From NCBI GenBank assembly GCA_977017575.1, contig CDRNVI010000049.1:248001-312000 (forward strand): a stretch of 64,000 nt of DNA, written 5' to 3'. The position numbers and the translations under genes are program-made. The stretch's first letter is position 1; each line of letters opens with the position of its first letter. The stretch comes from Paramoeba atlantica. Its lineage: Eukaryota; Protista; Discosea. Shown one piece after another: positions 28,721-38,387 of this stretch. Under the pieces are notes generated by a model that saw only the letters and a list, made by a program, of their open reading frames with translations, did not search any database and was not told where the DNA came from.

Positions 28721-31700
28721 TTACGATATTGCTTTTCGACGTCGCTGGACTTTTTTGTGACTAACCGACTCTACGCGAGGAGAATCAGTTAAGAACGCGT
28801 GCAGCGTGGAGGCCAGTGACTTATCCCTACCTGGAGACATTACAGGGACCAAAGAACGCATTACAGGAGAGACGCCCTCTTGTACCTTCGATATACTTTT
28901 CTCCTGTAGCTGTTCACGATGCCGACGTGCCCATACACCCACCAGAGAGGCCTCTACAACACCTGATTTATTTGACAACGTTCTTTTAGCGGGTGCTATG
29001 TGATTCGCCTTTGTAGGCCCCCGAGGCTTGCTTCTTGAGGTCTTGGACTTATTATTTGCTGTAGCTACGAGCGAAGAAGATGCGGAATGTTTATGCGAAG
29101 GATTCAAGCGGATTTGAGGTGAAGAAGGGGGAGTATTGACATCTGCTTGTGATTGTGAGAGTCGTCGTTTTGGTAAAAGAGCGACTGTATCTGTGGGCAG
29201 TGTGTTGGCGATTTCTTTTTGCTTCGTAGCAGGTGATCGACGTGTTAAAACGGGCGTGACATTGCGGAGAAGAGTTCGCGATGTGGGTGAAGATTGGAGT
29301 TTACGGTCCGATTTTTTAGTCTTTTCTAGAGGTTTGTTTGCAGACTTTCTGGTACTGACACAGATTCCACGTGTTGCAGTTTTGCGCAGACGAGGAGGAG
29401 TGGATAATTTGGCTCTCGCCGTTGTGGGAAGGTTGTCTGCACCCGATTGTGGTTCCCGATTTTTAGACCTCACATCCTTTGGACCTTTCTGATGCGTCAA
29501 GCCGGTCCTAGACTTGGATCGTTTTGACTCCTGCTTTTCGTAGGAACACGAGCGATTGCGTTTTTGTGAACGAGAAACAGAGATCGAGGCTTTAAATAAA
29601 GATTTATGTTTTGTTACGCTGCGCGTGCCTAATTCAGTTTTTGAAGTCGGTAAAACGTTCTTTCTGGATGACCCTTTAGATTCTGCTCTAGCCTTTACAC
29701 GCGCTGCAATAGAGTGTGTATTCAAAGGTGACGAATGTATCACGGAGGGAGAAACCGAACTACGTTTGCCTTTACCTTTGACAGGCGATGGGCTGCGACT
29801 GTTACTTTCAACGGGTGTACTTCCGTCTGAAATTGTGGAAAATGTTTGCGAAAATACGTCTAGCTCAAGAGCGCTGGTTTCAAGAGCTTCGTCGGTAATA
29901 CACATCGGAGCTGAGGAATTTTTTTCGAGGACGGATTCGCGATTTGTGCTACAGACATGCGCAGAGGAACCTGGAAAAGCATTTTTTTTTGTAGAGAGCA
30001 ATGCAGAACTGGCGTTCAATTTGGTTGATAAACCAGTGCGAGTGTTCAATGCTTTGCGCCCAGGGTTGGATCTGCTAGATTTATTTTTTCCAGTAGTCTT
30101 GGCTAGGACTTTCCCGCTCTTCTTTGATGAAATACTTGGAGATTGTTCTATAAGCATGCTGATGTTATGAAGTACACTAAATCCAGAATCCATTTCAGGG
30201 GGTGGTACTTCCGCACTTCTTTCTGGCAGTTCTATTGACACACTGTGATTATAAGATGCATGCTCCATTGCGATATCGGAACTTAGTGGCAGTGAAAGAC
30301 TTTTTTGTCCGAATGCTCGCAGTTGTGCACTTAGGGCCCGAACTTCATGTTCACGTCCGGCAACTCTGCTGTGTATTAAAGAGAGCTCTGTAGTCATTTT
30401 TTCACTTTCTTGCGTGTATTGACCAGTAAGCGGGTCATTCGAGGGGTTCAAATCCCTACCTAATGATCTGGCCCGAGTATAGGTCTCACGTAATTGATGT
30501 AGGGTTCGAGTCTTGCGTTCGACATCCTGAACAAAATTATGAGGATGTACCATAGCGTGCTCTTTTTCAGATGCTTCTGTAGCTTCCATGTGCTTTTGAC
30601 GCTTTGCTCGATGCTCGATCTCGTCTTCTCTTGTTCTTATGGACTTTTCCTGGGCTGCAGTAACTGCGTCAATCCAATGTTGCTTTCGAGTATTCGTAAG
30701 TGCCAATGCTTCAGCATTCACTGATGTCGCATGTTCGTACTCTATACGAGTTCTCTTGCGATCTCCTCGAGTAGTATCAAGATCTTTTTGGCATTTTGCG
30801 AGGATATCTTGTGATTCTCTCCCTTGTTCCAAAACTCGGAGCAATTGATTTTTCCGCTCAGCGACTTCTTTTTGAGTCAAGCGGTGGGTACAGTATTCAT
30901 CAAACAGTGTTTTAGCAATTGCATTAAGTTGCACGGTAGCCTTTTCTTTTACTTCCACCAGACTATGAACAAGTGAGGCTCTGAAAAAATTGCGTCGAAG
31001 AGATGTGAAACGCAGAGCTCCGCTTAAAGCTCCTCTCCATCCCGCGGCAACACCGCTAGCGTACGTATGCCGTAACCGTGCCTGCACACTTTGAGCATAC
31101 TCTGGGAATGTTCCCAAACCGTCTCGAATGCGTGCCAAGACCCTTGAGTAATTTATGGAAACATACAGTCGAGTGTCACGTAACGTTGTCAGATGACGTA
31201 GCGTATTAAGTGTCATGCCGACCGAGCGCGACTCATTCGCAATGCTCACTATGGTGGTGAATAATCCCCCACCAAGAAGGATATGAGAGCAAAGTTTTTC
31301 TATTGCATGAAGTGGACGCTTCACATTAAAATCTTTATTTCCTGAATCAACAGCAGTCCCTCCAGGAGCAGTCAGAATTCCAATCGACTGTGAAGGAGTC
31401 AATATTTGTTTGGAATCAAGGGTACCATGCTCCACTAAAGATTCCATTGAGCTCCAAAACACGTCGATTAAATGCCGAGAAGGGTTGCCTTGCCACACCT
31501 TAGTATGAGATTCTTTATCAGAAAGTTGGGGAATATAGGCCAACGTAAGTGTAGACCGTGCATCGCGTCCCTGTTCTATTGCTTGCAGAATCTCAACAAC
31601 AATAAGGATGGCGCCTGTTTCTCGGGATTCTGCTTCATACTTTTCATCAGCGCCAGGTACGTTCTCTGTTGCTAAAAAGGAAGTGAAGAAATGATGCAAA

Positions 31701-32254
31701 TCCTGCGCACAGCTCAATTCTTGGTAGTCCTCATGTGACGCAAACAATCCATGATTGGTATGCCACAAGTCAAGATCAACAGCTTCTGGATTCTGTTTTC
31801 CATATAAACTAGTATGAAGAACTGAAGAGTTTACGTTTCGCTTTTTACGCAATGTAGTATCCCGGATAGTAAGAACTTCATTGTCCGGAGTAATATGGAG
31901 GGCTGCTGCCGAGCAGTAGCGCTCTGCTGCATCTGGTGCGGTGACAATTGTACGCAAAGAGTTCTTGCATAACGCCAGGAAAATTTCGGGTGTCTCGGTA
32001 GAGCTCCCAAGAAATACAAGCGAGACGTTTACGCCGCATAGAGCATGCTTCACTTTCCGTTCCAAGACTTCACGGTACAGATTGGGAACCGCATCAGAAG
32101 TTGTTATGTTTGGATAAATGGCTCCAGGAGCAAAACTTTCCGCTTCAGAACCCTTCAGTTTAAGCGTATGAGAACCAATTTTACTCCAAACTGGCTCTTG
32201 TTGAGCGCGACGATTCAGAAGTACCGCAACATCAACGGTGCCGTGGTTAGTCAT
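28721..32254 (-). CDS. Divergent kinesin-like protein (degenerate motor domain, coiled coil, basic S/K/R tail)
   Basis: Kinesin-order motifs: LYREVL...V..AL.G.NVS (pre-P-loop), GAILIVVEI.Q, LLGGG...TIVSI and TLNTLR....N. The GxxxxGKT and DLAGSE motifs are absent. Confidence 0.6.
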   Translation of the reverse strand: MTNHGTVDVAVLLNRRAQQEPVWSKIGSHTLKLKGSEAESFAPGAIYPNITTSDAVPNLYREVLERKVKHALCGVNVSLVFLGSSTETPEIFLALCKNSLRTIVTAPDAAERYCSAAALHITPDNEVLTIRDTTLRKKRNVNSSVLHTSLYGKQNPEAVDLDLWHTNHGLFASHEDYQELSCAQDLHHFFTSFLATENVPGADEKYEAESRETGAILIVVEILQAIEQGRDARSTLTLAYIPQLSDKESHTKVWQGNPSRHLIDVFWSSMESLVEHGTLDSKQILTPSQSIGILTAPGGTAVDSGNKDFNVKRPLHAIEKLCSHILLGGGLFTTIVSIANESRSVGMTLNTLRHLTTLRDTRLYVSINYSRVLARIRDGLGTFPEYAQSVQARLRHTYASGVAAGWRGALSGALRFTSLRRNFFRASLVHSLVEVKEKATVQLNAIAKTLFDEYCTHRLTQKEVAERKNQLLRVLEQGRESQDILAKCQKDLDTTRGDRKRTRIEYEHATSVNAEALALTNTRKQHWIDAVTAAQEKSIRTREDEIEHRAKRQKHMEATEASEKEHAMVHPHNFVQDVERKTRTLHQLRETYTRARSLGRDLNPSNDPLTGQYTQESEKMTTELSLIHSRVAGREHEVRALSAQLRAFGQKSLSLPLSSDIAMEHASYNHSVSIELPERSAEVPPPEMDSGFSVLHNISMLIEQSPSISSKKSGKVLAKTTGKNKSSRSNPGRKALNTRTGLSTKLNASSALLSTKKNAFPGSSAHVCSTNRESVLEKNSSAPMCITDEALETSALELDVFSQTFSTISDGSTPVESNSRSPSPVKGKGKRSSVSPSVIHSSPLNTHSIAARVKARAESKGSSRKNVLPTSKTELGTRSVTKHKSLFKASISVSRSQKRNRSCSYEKQESKRSKSRTGLTHQKGPKDVRSKNREPQSGADNLPTTARAKLSTPPRLRKTATRGICVSTRKSANKPLEKTKKSDRKLQSSPTSRTLLRNVTPVLTRRSPATKQKEIANTLPTDTVALLPKRRLSQSQADVNTPPSSPQIRLNPSHKHSASSSLVATANNKSKTSRSKPRGPTKANHIAPAKRTLSNKSGVVEASLVGVWARRHREQLQEKSISKVQEGVSPVMRSLVPVMSPGRDKSLASTLHAFLTDSPRVESVSHKKVQRRRKAIS

Positions 32255-32568
32255 TTAATAGAAATGTTCAGTGTTAAAGAAATGCATCATACGCGTAAAT
32301 TCATTGGCCAATATTTATTGCCCAAGCAAAAATTATCTTTCTTTTTTAAGCTTAATGTAAAAAGATAAATGTTTAAAAAATAGTATTCTCCTACATACTG
32401 TACAGATGTATGACAGAAATAACTTTTGTTACATTCGATTGCAAAAGAAAAAAAGTGGACAATTTAAAAAAAGTGTACAATTTACTTACCGTCACAAGAT
32501 TGGTTTTCGTGAAAAGGTTAGCTAGCAACAATCTTTGAAGTATTGCGGAATGAAATATTATGTTTCAT

Positions 32569-33267
32569 TCACCCTACCAATCCTCTGTGCCTTCCATTTA
32601 TTTGAAGCTTTTTATTGTTCGCCAATACGAGCACAAGGACGCGTTCTGATACGTTGCTAACATCAACCTCACCCTCAAGGCGGTTGTCATTTAGATTGAG
32701 CTCCTGTAATAACACAGGCAAACTGCTTAAAAAAATCTCTCCGCTGAACCGGTTTTCGTTTAGATGCAACCATTTTAGACGAGAGGGCAAGTGGGTCAGG
32801 TCGAGGCTACCGGTGAAGTCATTTTTCCCCAAGAAAACTTCAGTGAGACTGCGAGGAAAGGTAGGTAAGGGTACTTGTCCAGTGAAATGGTTGTCACTAA
32901 GGTAGAGTTCTATTAGATTTTTCGGCAAAGAAGAAAAACGAACTTCTCCTTGCAAATCGTTGCTATGCAGATAAAGTGCTGTGAGTGTTTGCGGAATATA
33001 CTCCCAGCTTATATTACCCTTCAGTCCTTGACGAGCCCAGTGGAGGCGACGCAATTCTGTGTATGCCGTGTCAAATGCTACTCCACTCCAAAACGTGCAT
33101 GGTACACCTTCTTTCCAGCTTACATGAAGGGGGTGCACATTCTGAAGTAGGCGCAGCAACAAAATTTCTGGAGGAAGCACGAGACCGCGTACTTTTCCGC
33201 AGCGAACAGGCGTCATCGCGTCAGCATGCGATACACACGAGAGAGAGTATCGTGATGAATGTAGCAT
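32569..33267 (-). CDS. Stand-alone LRR protein
   Basis: CTFWSGV cap and at least five L..L.L..N.F.G.V.L..LP repeats. Confidence 0.85.
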   Translation of the reverse strand: MLHSSRYSLSCVSHADAMTPVRCGKVRGLVLPPEILLLRLLQNVHPLHVSWKEGVPCTFWSGVAFDTAYTELRRLHWARQGLKGNISWEYIPQTLTALYLHSNDLQGEVRFSSLPKNLIELYLSDNHFTGQVPLPTFPRSLTEVFLGKNDFTGSLDLTHLPSRLKWLHLNENRFSGEIFLSSLPVLLQELNLNDNRLEGEVDVSNVSERVLVLVLANNKKLQINGRHRGLVG

Positions 33268-33629
33268 GAAAGTTTAAAAAAGCTGGAAATAATAAAAGAT
33301 AAAGCTGAATAAATCTAATAAAAACAAAGAAATTCTGTGTTTTTGATAAACACAGACCGAGAATTGTACAAAAAAGAGAAGCAAAGTGGACAATAAAAAC
33401 GAAGAGAGTGATCCCTTATTAGCTTTATATCTTAATGTGCACGATTCACGTATAAATACACGTGAGGAATTTTGGGCCCTCATATTGGGCCTCACCCGCA
33501 GCCTCTCACGTATTTATACTGTTACAGTATAAATACAGTCTGTATACATTCTGTATATCCGATCCTGGGTAAATAGAACAAAATAAACCAAATGAAAACA
33601 CTGGTCCCAGTATCGTGAAGTGTCAGACT

Positions 33630-34709
33630 TCACCGCTGCAAACTCCTTTGAGGTCTGCCTTTATTCAAAACATCAAGCAACTGGCACGCTCTACACAGTC
33701 TTTGTGATGTCATGTAGCTACATCTCTCACATTTGCCAATGTCTGACGACCTCCAATCACCCACATTTATTTCTCCTTTTCTCATGCATTGTCCGTGAAG
33801 TTCAATATTAGGCGAAGTTCTCGTGCTACTTTCTGTAATAGTATCTCGATTCTCAGGATCTTTTCGTTCAAACGATTCCCCACTCTGCACAATACGGAGC
33901 ACGGACCTACTGTCGACGGATTCCAATTCCTTTAAAAAGTTTCGAACATATCCTCTGAATGCTTCCTTTGCGTAAGTACATTCGGTAGAGAAATAATCCA
34001 GCTTGCGGTGGCGCGCGTAGAGCACAATTTCTTTTTCGTAAGCATATTTCAAAGGTTTAACTCGAGGAAGCGTAAATCCAGCTTTCTCACCTGTGTTGGT
34101 AGAAATTGAGGTGCAACGAACAAGACGCGCGCTATCACCTCTTAAAAGATTCATTAGAATAGTCTCGGCCAAATCATCTAAATTATGGCCCGTTGCTATC
34201 TTGTCTACGTGAAGTTGTATCGCACCGCGATCCAATGCTTGTCGACGAAAAACGCCGCAAAAAGTACAGTTCGATTTTGTCCCTATATGGGACACAATTT
34301 CGTCCATCGACCACCCATACAATTCTCTATAGCTTAGCACGTGAAGAGGCAAATTGTACTCCATCATATTCCTCTGAACTGTACGAAGAGAATCATCTCG
34401 GTAACCACGAATGCCTTCATCAATACTCAACAAAACAAGCTCTAAACCATAATTGTGAGTACGATTTAGGCGAAACAATACATCAAGAAGGACGGTGCTA
34501 TCTTTTCCACCACTCGCACCAATGGCAACTCGTTCACCCGAGTTAAATAATTGATATTTCGTAATAGTGCCGTGGACTTCCATCTCAAAAATTTGCAAAA
34601 AGCAAGAACGACACAACAGAGCGCCATTTTTAGGGCGCCGCAATACAGGTGCTGATTCCCTGCAGTGCTCACAGATTGGTCCGATCGATGCGCTTGAATA
34701 TGATGGCAT
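33630..34709 (-). CDS. CTU1: Cytoplasmic tRNA 2-thiolation protein 1 (NCS6/TUC1)
   Basis: PP-loop [62 protein letters not shown] and CxxC zinc fingers at both ends. Confidence 0.96.
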   Translation of the reverse strand: MPSYSSASIGPICEHCRESAPVLRRPKNGALLCRSCFLQIFEMEVHGTITKYQLFNSGERVAIGASGGKDSTVLLDVLFRLNRTHNYGLELVLLSIDEGIRGYRDDSLRTVQRNMMEYNLPLHVLSYRELYGWSMDEIVSHIGTKSNCTFCGVFRRQALDRGAIQLHVDKIATGHNLDDLAETILMNLLRGDSARLVRCTSISTNTGEKAGFTLPRVKPLKYAYEKEIVLYARHRKLDYFSTECTYAKEAFRGYVRNFLKELESVDSRSVLRIVQSGESFERKDPENRDTITESSTRTSPNIELHGQCMRKGEINVGDWRSSDIGKCERCSYMTSQRLCRACQLLDVLNKGRPQRSLQR

Positions 34710-35132
34710 CTAGCGATGTTGCGTCAGATGTTTCATGTCGTTTAATACTATAAAGAGGCCGCTACAACCAACCAAAAAAATGAAGCAATTTTGTTTTGTA
34801 CAGAGTGTGTAAGTAGGTGGTGCATTGATGTGTATATGCATGTAGACACCTGTAAGAACCTGTACGGTATCCAGATATACATGAATGTTGGGTTTCGTCA
34901 AGATTTTACAAAATTTAGGTTGGATCTTTGCGTGATAAACCAATTTTTAGTAGTGAAACGCAGAGTATAAGAAGGCATATAATAAAGAAATATTGCGCTT
35001 AATCAACCATGTCCTCCTGCGATCTACAGTGAGCTACGTTCTGACATCACATTCTAGACTTTATAAATAACATTGCTTGGTACATTCAGAAGAACATCAT
35101 TTTTAATATTCATTCCAAAAACGTTCAATTAT

Positions 35133-35966
35133 TCACCAAACGTCGGTCTCTTTTCTCATTTGTTCCAAAGCATTGCCGGGATGATGAGGTGGAAACCGAG
35201 GGATTTCTATATCATCTGCTTCCTGATGATCAATGTTCACATTCGAGAAAATCGTCCCCGTAGTTCTTAGAATCCGGTTCCCACTGAGTCGTATCGCAGT
35301 ATCACATGTTTCGGGAGAAAGAATTACCGTGTCAAAGTAGTTGTCGCGAAGACTGAGATGAGTTAGACGACTCGGCAACTTCGTCAGATCGATAAGGCCT
35401 TTTAGAGCATTACCTGTCAGATTGATCCGCTGTACATTCGGAGGAAGATGCGTCAGGTCAGCGTGGCCGGTGAACAAATTTCGCCACGCAAGTAACGAAA
35501 CAAGCTTTGGAGGAAGTGACGTTAGGTTAATTTCACCAGAAAATTTGTTGACAAAAATCTGAAGCGTCAGCATTCCTTGGGGAAGAGCATCAAAAGAGCA
35601 AGATCCTTGCAGGGTACGATGATTCTCCAAATAGATATCCACCACTGACTCGGGTACGTAACCCCATGAAAGATTGCCACGCAGAGCTGCATGCTTTAAT
35701 TCGAAACAAAGAGCAGAGTAGTCCCAGATTAACCGCGCCACACGCTGTTCTGAATCACAATACACTCCGAACCACTGACAAGGGGAAACCGGTTGAGCTC
35801 CCCACAACCAATGTGACTTTGACAGCACCCATGAGGAATGCTTGTTCTCAATATGCTCAACAAGTCTCGTTATTAAGTCCTCTTGAGGAAGCGTGACGCG
35901 ACTCACTCGATGAGGCCTTGCTTGCACATCAGCAAAGGAAAAAGCCAAAATACGATCAGGTATCAT
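35133..35966 (-). CDS. Stand-alone LRR protein
   Basis: PCQWFGVYCD cap and LRRs. Start placed at MIPDRILAF (35966) by analogy with the paralogs; the frame is open to 36242. Confidence 0.8.
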   Translation of the reverse strand: MIPDRILAFSFADVQARPHRVSRVTLPQEDLITRLVEHIENKHSSWVLSKSHWLWGAQPVSPCQWFGVYCDSEQRVARLIWDYSALCFELKHAALRGNLSWGYVPESVVDIYLENHRTLQGSCSFDALPQGMLTLQIFVNKFSGEINLTSLPPKLVSLLAWRNLFTGHADLTHLPPNVQRINLTGNALKGLIDLTKLPSRLTHLSLRDNYFDTVILSPETCDTAIRLSGNRILRTTGTIFSNVNIDHQEADDIEIPRFPPHHPGNALEQMRKETDVW

Positions 35967-36640
35967 TCGAATGTTGCAGACAATGTAGAAAAAAAATACG
36001 TACTCCTGTTCTGAAGGCTTTTGTCGTCCGTACGGCTTTTGTCGTGCCTTCTTCCAAAAATCGAAATTAATTTTCAAAAATATATTCAAATCAAGAAACG
36101 AAATATTATACGTGCACAGGTATTGAAATACATATCTAATTTCTACAGGTCGTTGGTAAGTACCACGTCGTTCGTATGGTTCTGTATCTAATTTCAAGGT
36201 AAAGAGTTTACAAGTACATGTAAAGAATATGCAGGCGGACATATCATGTAGATGTCGCTATCGCGGAAATAATTAGATCCATGAGATACAACCCCTCAAA
36301 ACGTCCGAAATGCTAGGCGCAAAATGATGGCCGCAAAAGTGTGTTGTGTCATCTCGAAATTGAGTTTCGAAAATGGTACAGAATTGGTTTCGAAAGTAGG
36401 TACTATACCTATTTGAGCTATGCAGTTAATTTTCGAATATGTAGATTCGAACTGTATCCTGCCGAGAAAGAACACGAAAGAAAGCAAAAATGTAGAGCGC
36501 TTTTAAAGAGTTCCACCTTTAATAATCGGTTAGGACCACATTGAAATGTGACACCTCTTGATTCTCCATCCTAACAGTTACTTTAATAGTACAAGGCAAC
36601 GAAAGACGTGAAAAAATAATGCCTGATAGAAAAACGTCAC

Positions 36641-38149
36641 TTACGAAAATCTCCGATGTGACCGCATGATTGTTTGAATATGGTTTGCATTTTCCTCCTG
36701 AATAAGAGCATAGGGGTTAGTCTCTTTTTCCGCCACCCTTCGACTTTCAATGCTACAATACTCCATCACACACGCATAGGGGGACAACAACAGCTGGTAA
36801 TCCAGCACAATCGGGGTCGCAAAAAAGGCAAAGAAAATAACCAGCGCCACGACGGTGGCCACAGAAAACATGGCCGTGCCTACCCAGTACGCCGCAGCGA
36901 GGTAGGAGGTCGTGTTTAACACGTGGTTGGTCCCGAAACACCGTTTCAGTAGACTCAGCGTCTGGGACAGGGTAAACACCGCCACCACGGGCAGGACCAG
37001 CAGCAGGGTGTAGCTCATGGTCGTGCTCACCAGGTAGTGCAGCCCGGTGGCGCGGGGGAGTACAAACCCACACGCGGCCATCTCCCCAAACAGTAGGGCC
37101 CCGGAGAGCAGGGCGCGTCGGGAGTACCCGCGGGGGAGCCGCCGGGCGTTTCGCTGTAACGTCTTACGTAAGGCTTTGTGTACCGTACGGGGGGTTGAGC
37201 CAATGGGGTGTGACACGGCAATGTTGGTTTTGTTTTTGTTGTTAGGTTGCGAGCTGCTGGGAGGTTGTGCTAACCTCTCACTGGTCCACAGGACCGTGGC
37301 ACTGGACTCCTCCCCGGGGGCGGAGAGCAACCCCTCATGAGGGGAGAGGGCTCCGAGCTCCGAGGGGGAGGCACGGAGGTAGGTGTGGGTGAGGGGGGTG
37401 TAGAGCCGTTCTCGGGGGAGGTACCAGTTGTATCGAAGGTTGCCACAGGCGATGCCAAGGAACAGGTAGCACAGCAGACGGAGTTTGAAATAGGGAATCG
37501 CGTGGGGGAGATCACCGCCTAGAGCCCAGCCGAGAAGGAAGGCGACAACGTAGTACAGCTCGCGGGCAGTGTCGGGCATGAATCCCTCGTGGAAGAACAT
37601 GACGGCAACCCAGAAGGCGAGGAAGTAGGAAATGAGAAGTGGACGACTAGTCCATGTTGGGGCCACCTCGGCCGGCGTGGACAAGTTTGTAGAATGCGAG
37701 GAAGACCGGAACAGGGCCTTCCATGTAGATAGGGCGGACGATAGAGATTCCCAGGAAAAGTGATCGGAAAATAGAACCGTTTCCCCTATCGGAAAGACAT
37801 TCGACTGATTACCCCATTTTATCTCTTGGTGCATTCCCCGCACGTGAGGTTCTGTAACCATTTTTCTTTCATGTTTTGATGAATTGTTCCGGTCTTTTGA
37901 CGACGACGTACTTCCAATAGAAGGGCCGCTTTCCGTGGGATACGGTTCTTCATACTGTAGTAAGGACAGGGTGAATATAGGAATCCATACCAACAAACCC
38001 CATTTTACACGGCTAAGGGTTTCATTCCAAGTAAGGGGAGGGATACGGTGTGAACGTGGAGTGCGTGGGGTACGAGGACTTGACCGAGGTGTATGCTTTC
38101 CATGTCGACGAGAGGATAGACGACCTGCATGAGCTTCACTGTCACCCAT
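36641..38149 (-). CDS. Hypothetical polytopic membrane protein (about 7-8 TM segments)
   Basis: 502-aa ORF with multiple hydrophobic stretches and a basic N-terminus. No family recognised. Confidence 0.7.
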   Translation of the reverse strand: MGDSEAHAGRLSSRRHGKHTPRSSPRTPRTPRSHRIPPLTWNETLSRVKWGLLVWIPIFTLSLLQYEEPYPTESGPSIGSTSSSKDRNNSSKHERKMVTEPHVRGMHQEIKWGNQSNVFPIGETVLFSDHFSWESLSSALSTWKALFRSSSHSTNLSTPAEVAPTWTSRPLLISYFLAFWVAVMFFHEGFMPDTARELYYVVAFLLGWALGGDLPHAIPYFKLRLLCYLFLGIACGNLRYNWYLPRERLYTPLTHTYLRASPSELGALSPHEGLLSAPGEESSATVLWTSERLAQPPSSSQPNNKNKTNIAVSHPIGSTPRTVHKALRKTLQRNARRLPRGYSRRALLSGALLFGEMAACGFVLPRATGLHYLVSTTMSYTLLLVLPVVAVFTLSQTLSLLKRCFGTNHVLNTTSYLAAAYWVGTAMFSVATVVALVIFFAFFATPIVLDYQLLLSPYACVMEYCSIESRRVAEKETNPYALIQEENANHIQTIMRSHRRFS

Positions 38150-38387
38150 TGTACCAGATTTCCATACAATAATTTAGGTAAACTCGGAACTAATGTCTAA
38201 AATATTATGATAGTTAAAATACGTAGTCACTGGACGTGATATGGTAGAGCGCTCTATGAACGCGTTGAACATCATGGATTTATGCTACAAGGCATTTGAT
38301 CTTGTAACTAATTTAATCTTTATAAGTTGAACGGAGAATATAATATATGTACACGTGATTCATAGCTTTGCACGCGTCTCGAAACTT

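Noticed and set aside
35967-36242. 92-codon N-terminal extension of the third LRR gene given by the ORF track
   Set aside because: AT-rich and UTR-like. The paralogs start at the position equivalent to MIPDRIL.
36641-38149. Possible CDP-diacylglycerol synthase identity (SLLKR motif)
   Set aside because: The following KDxG..IPGHGG..DR.D signature is absent.
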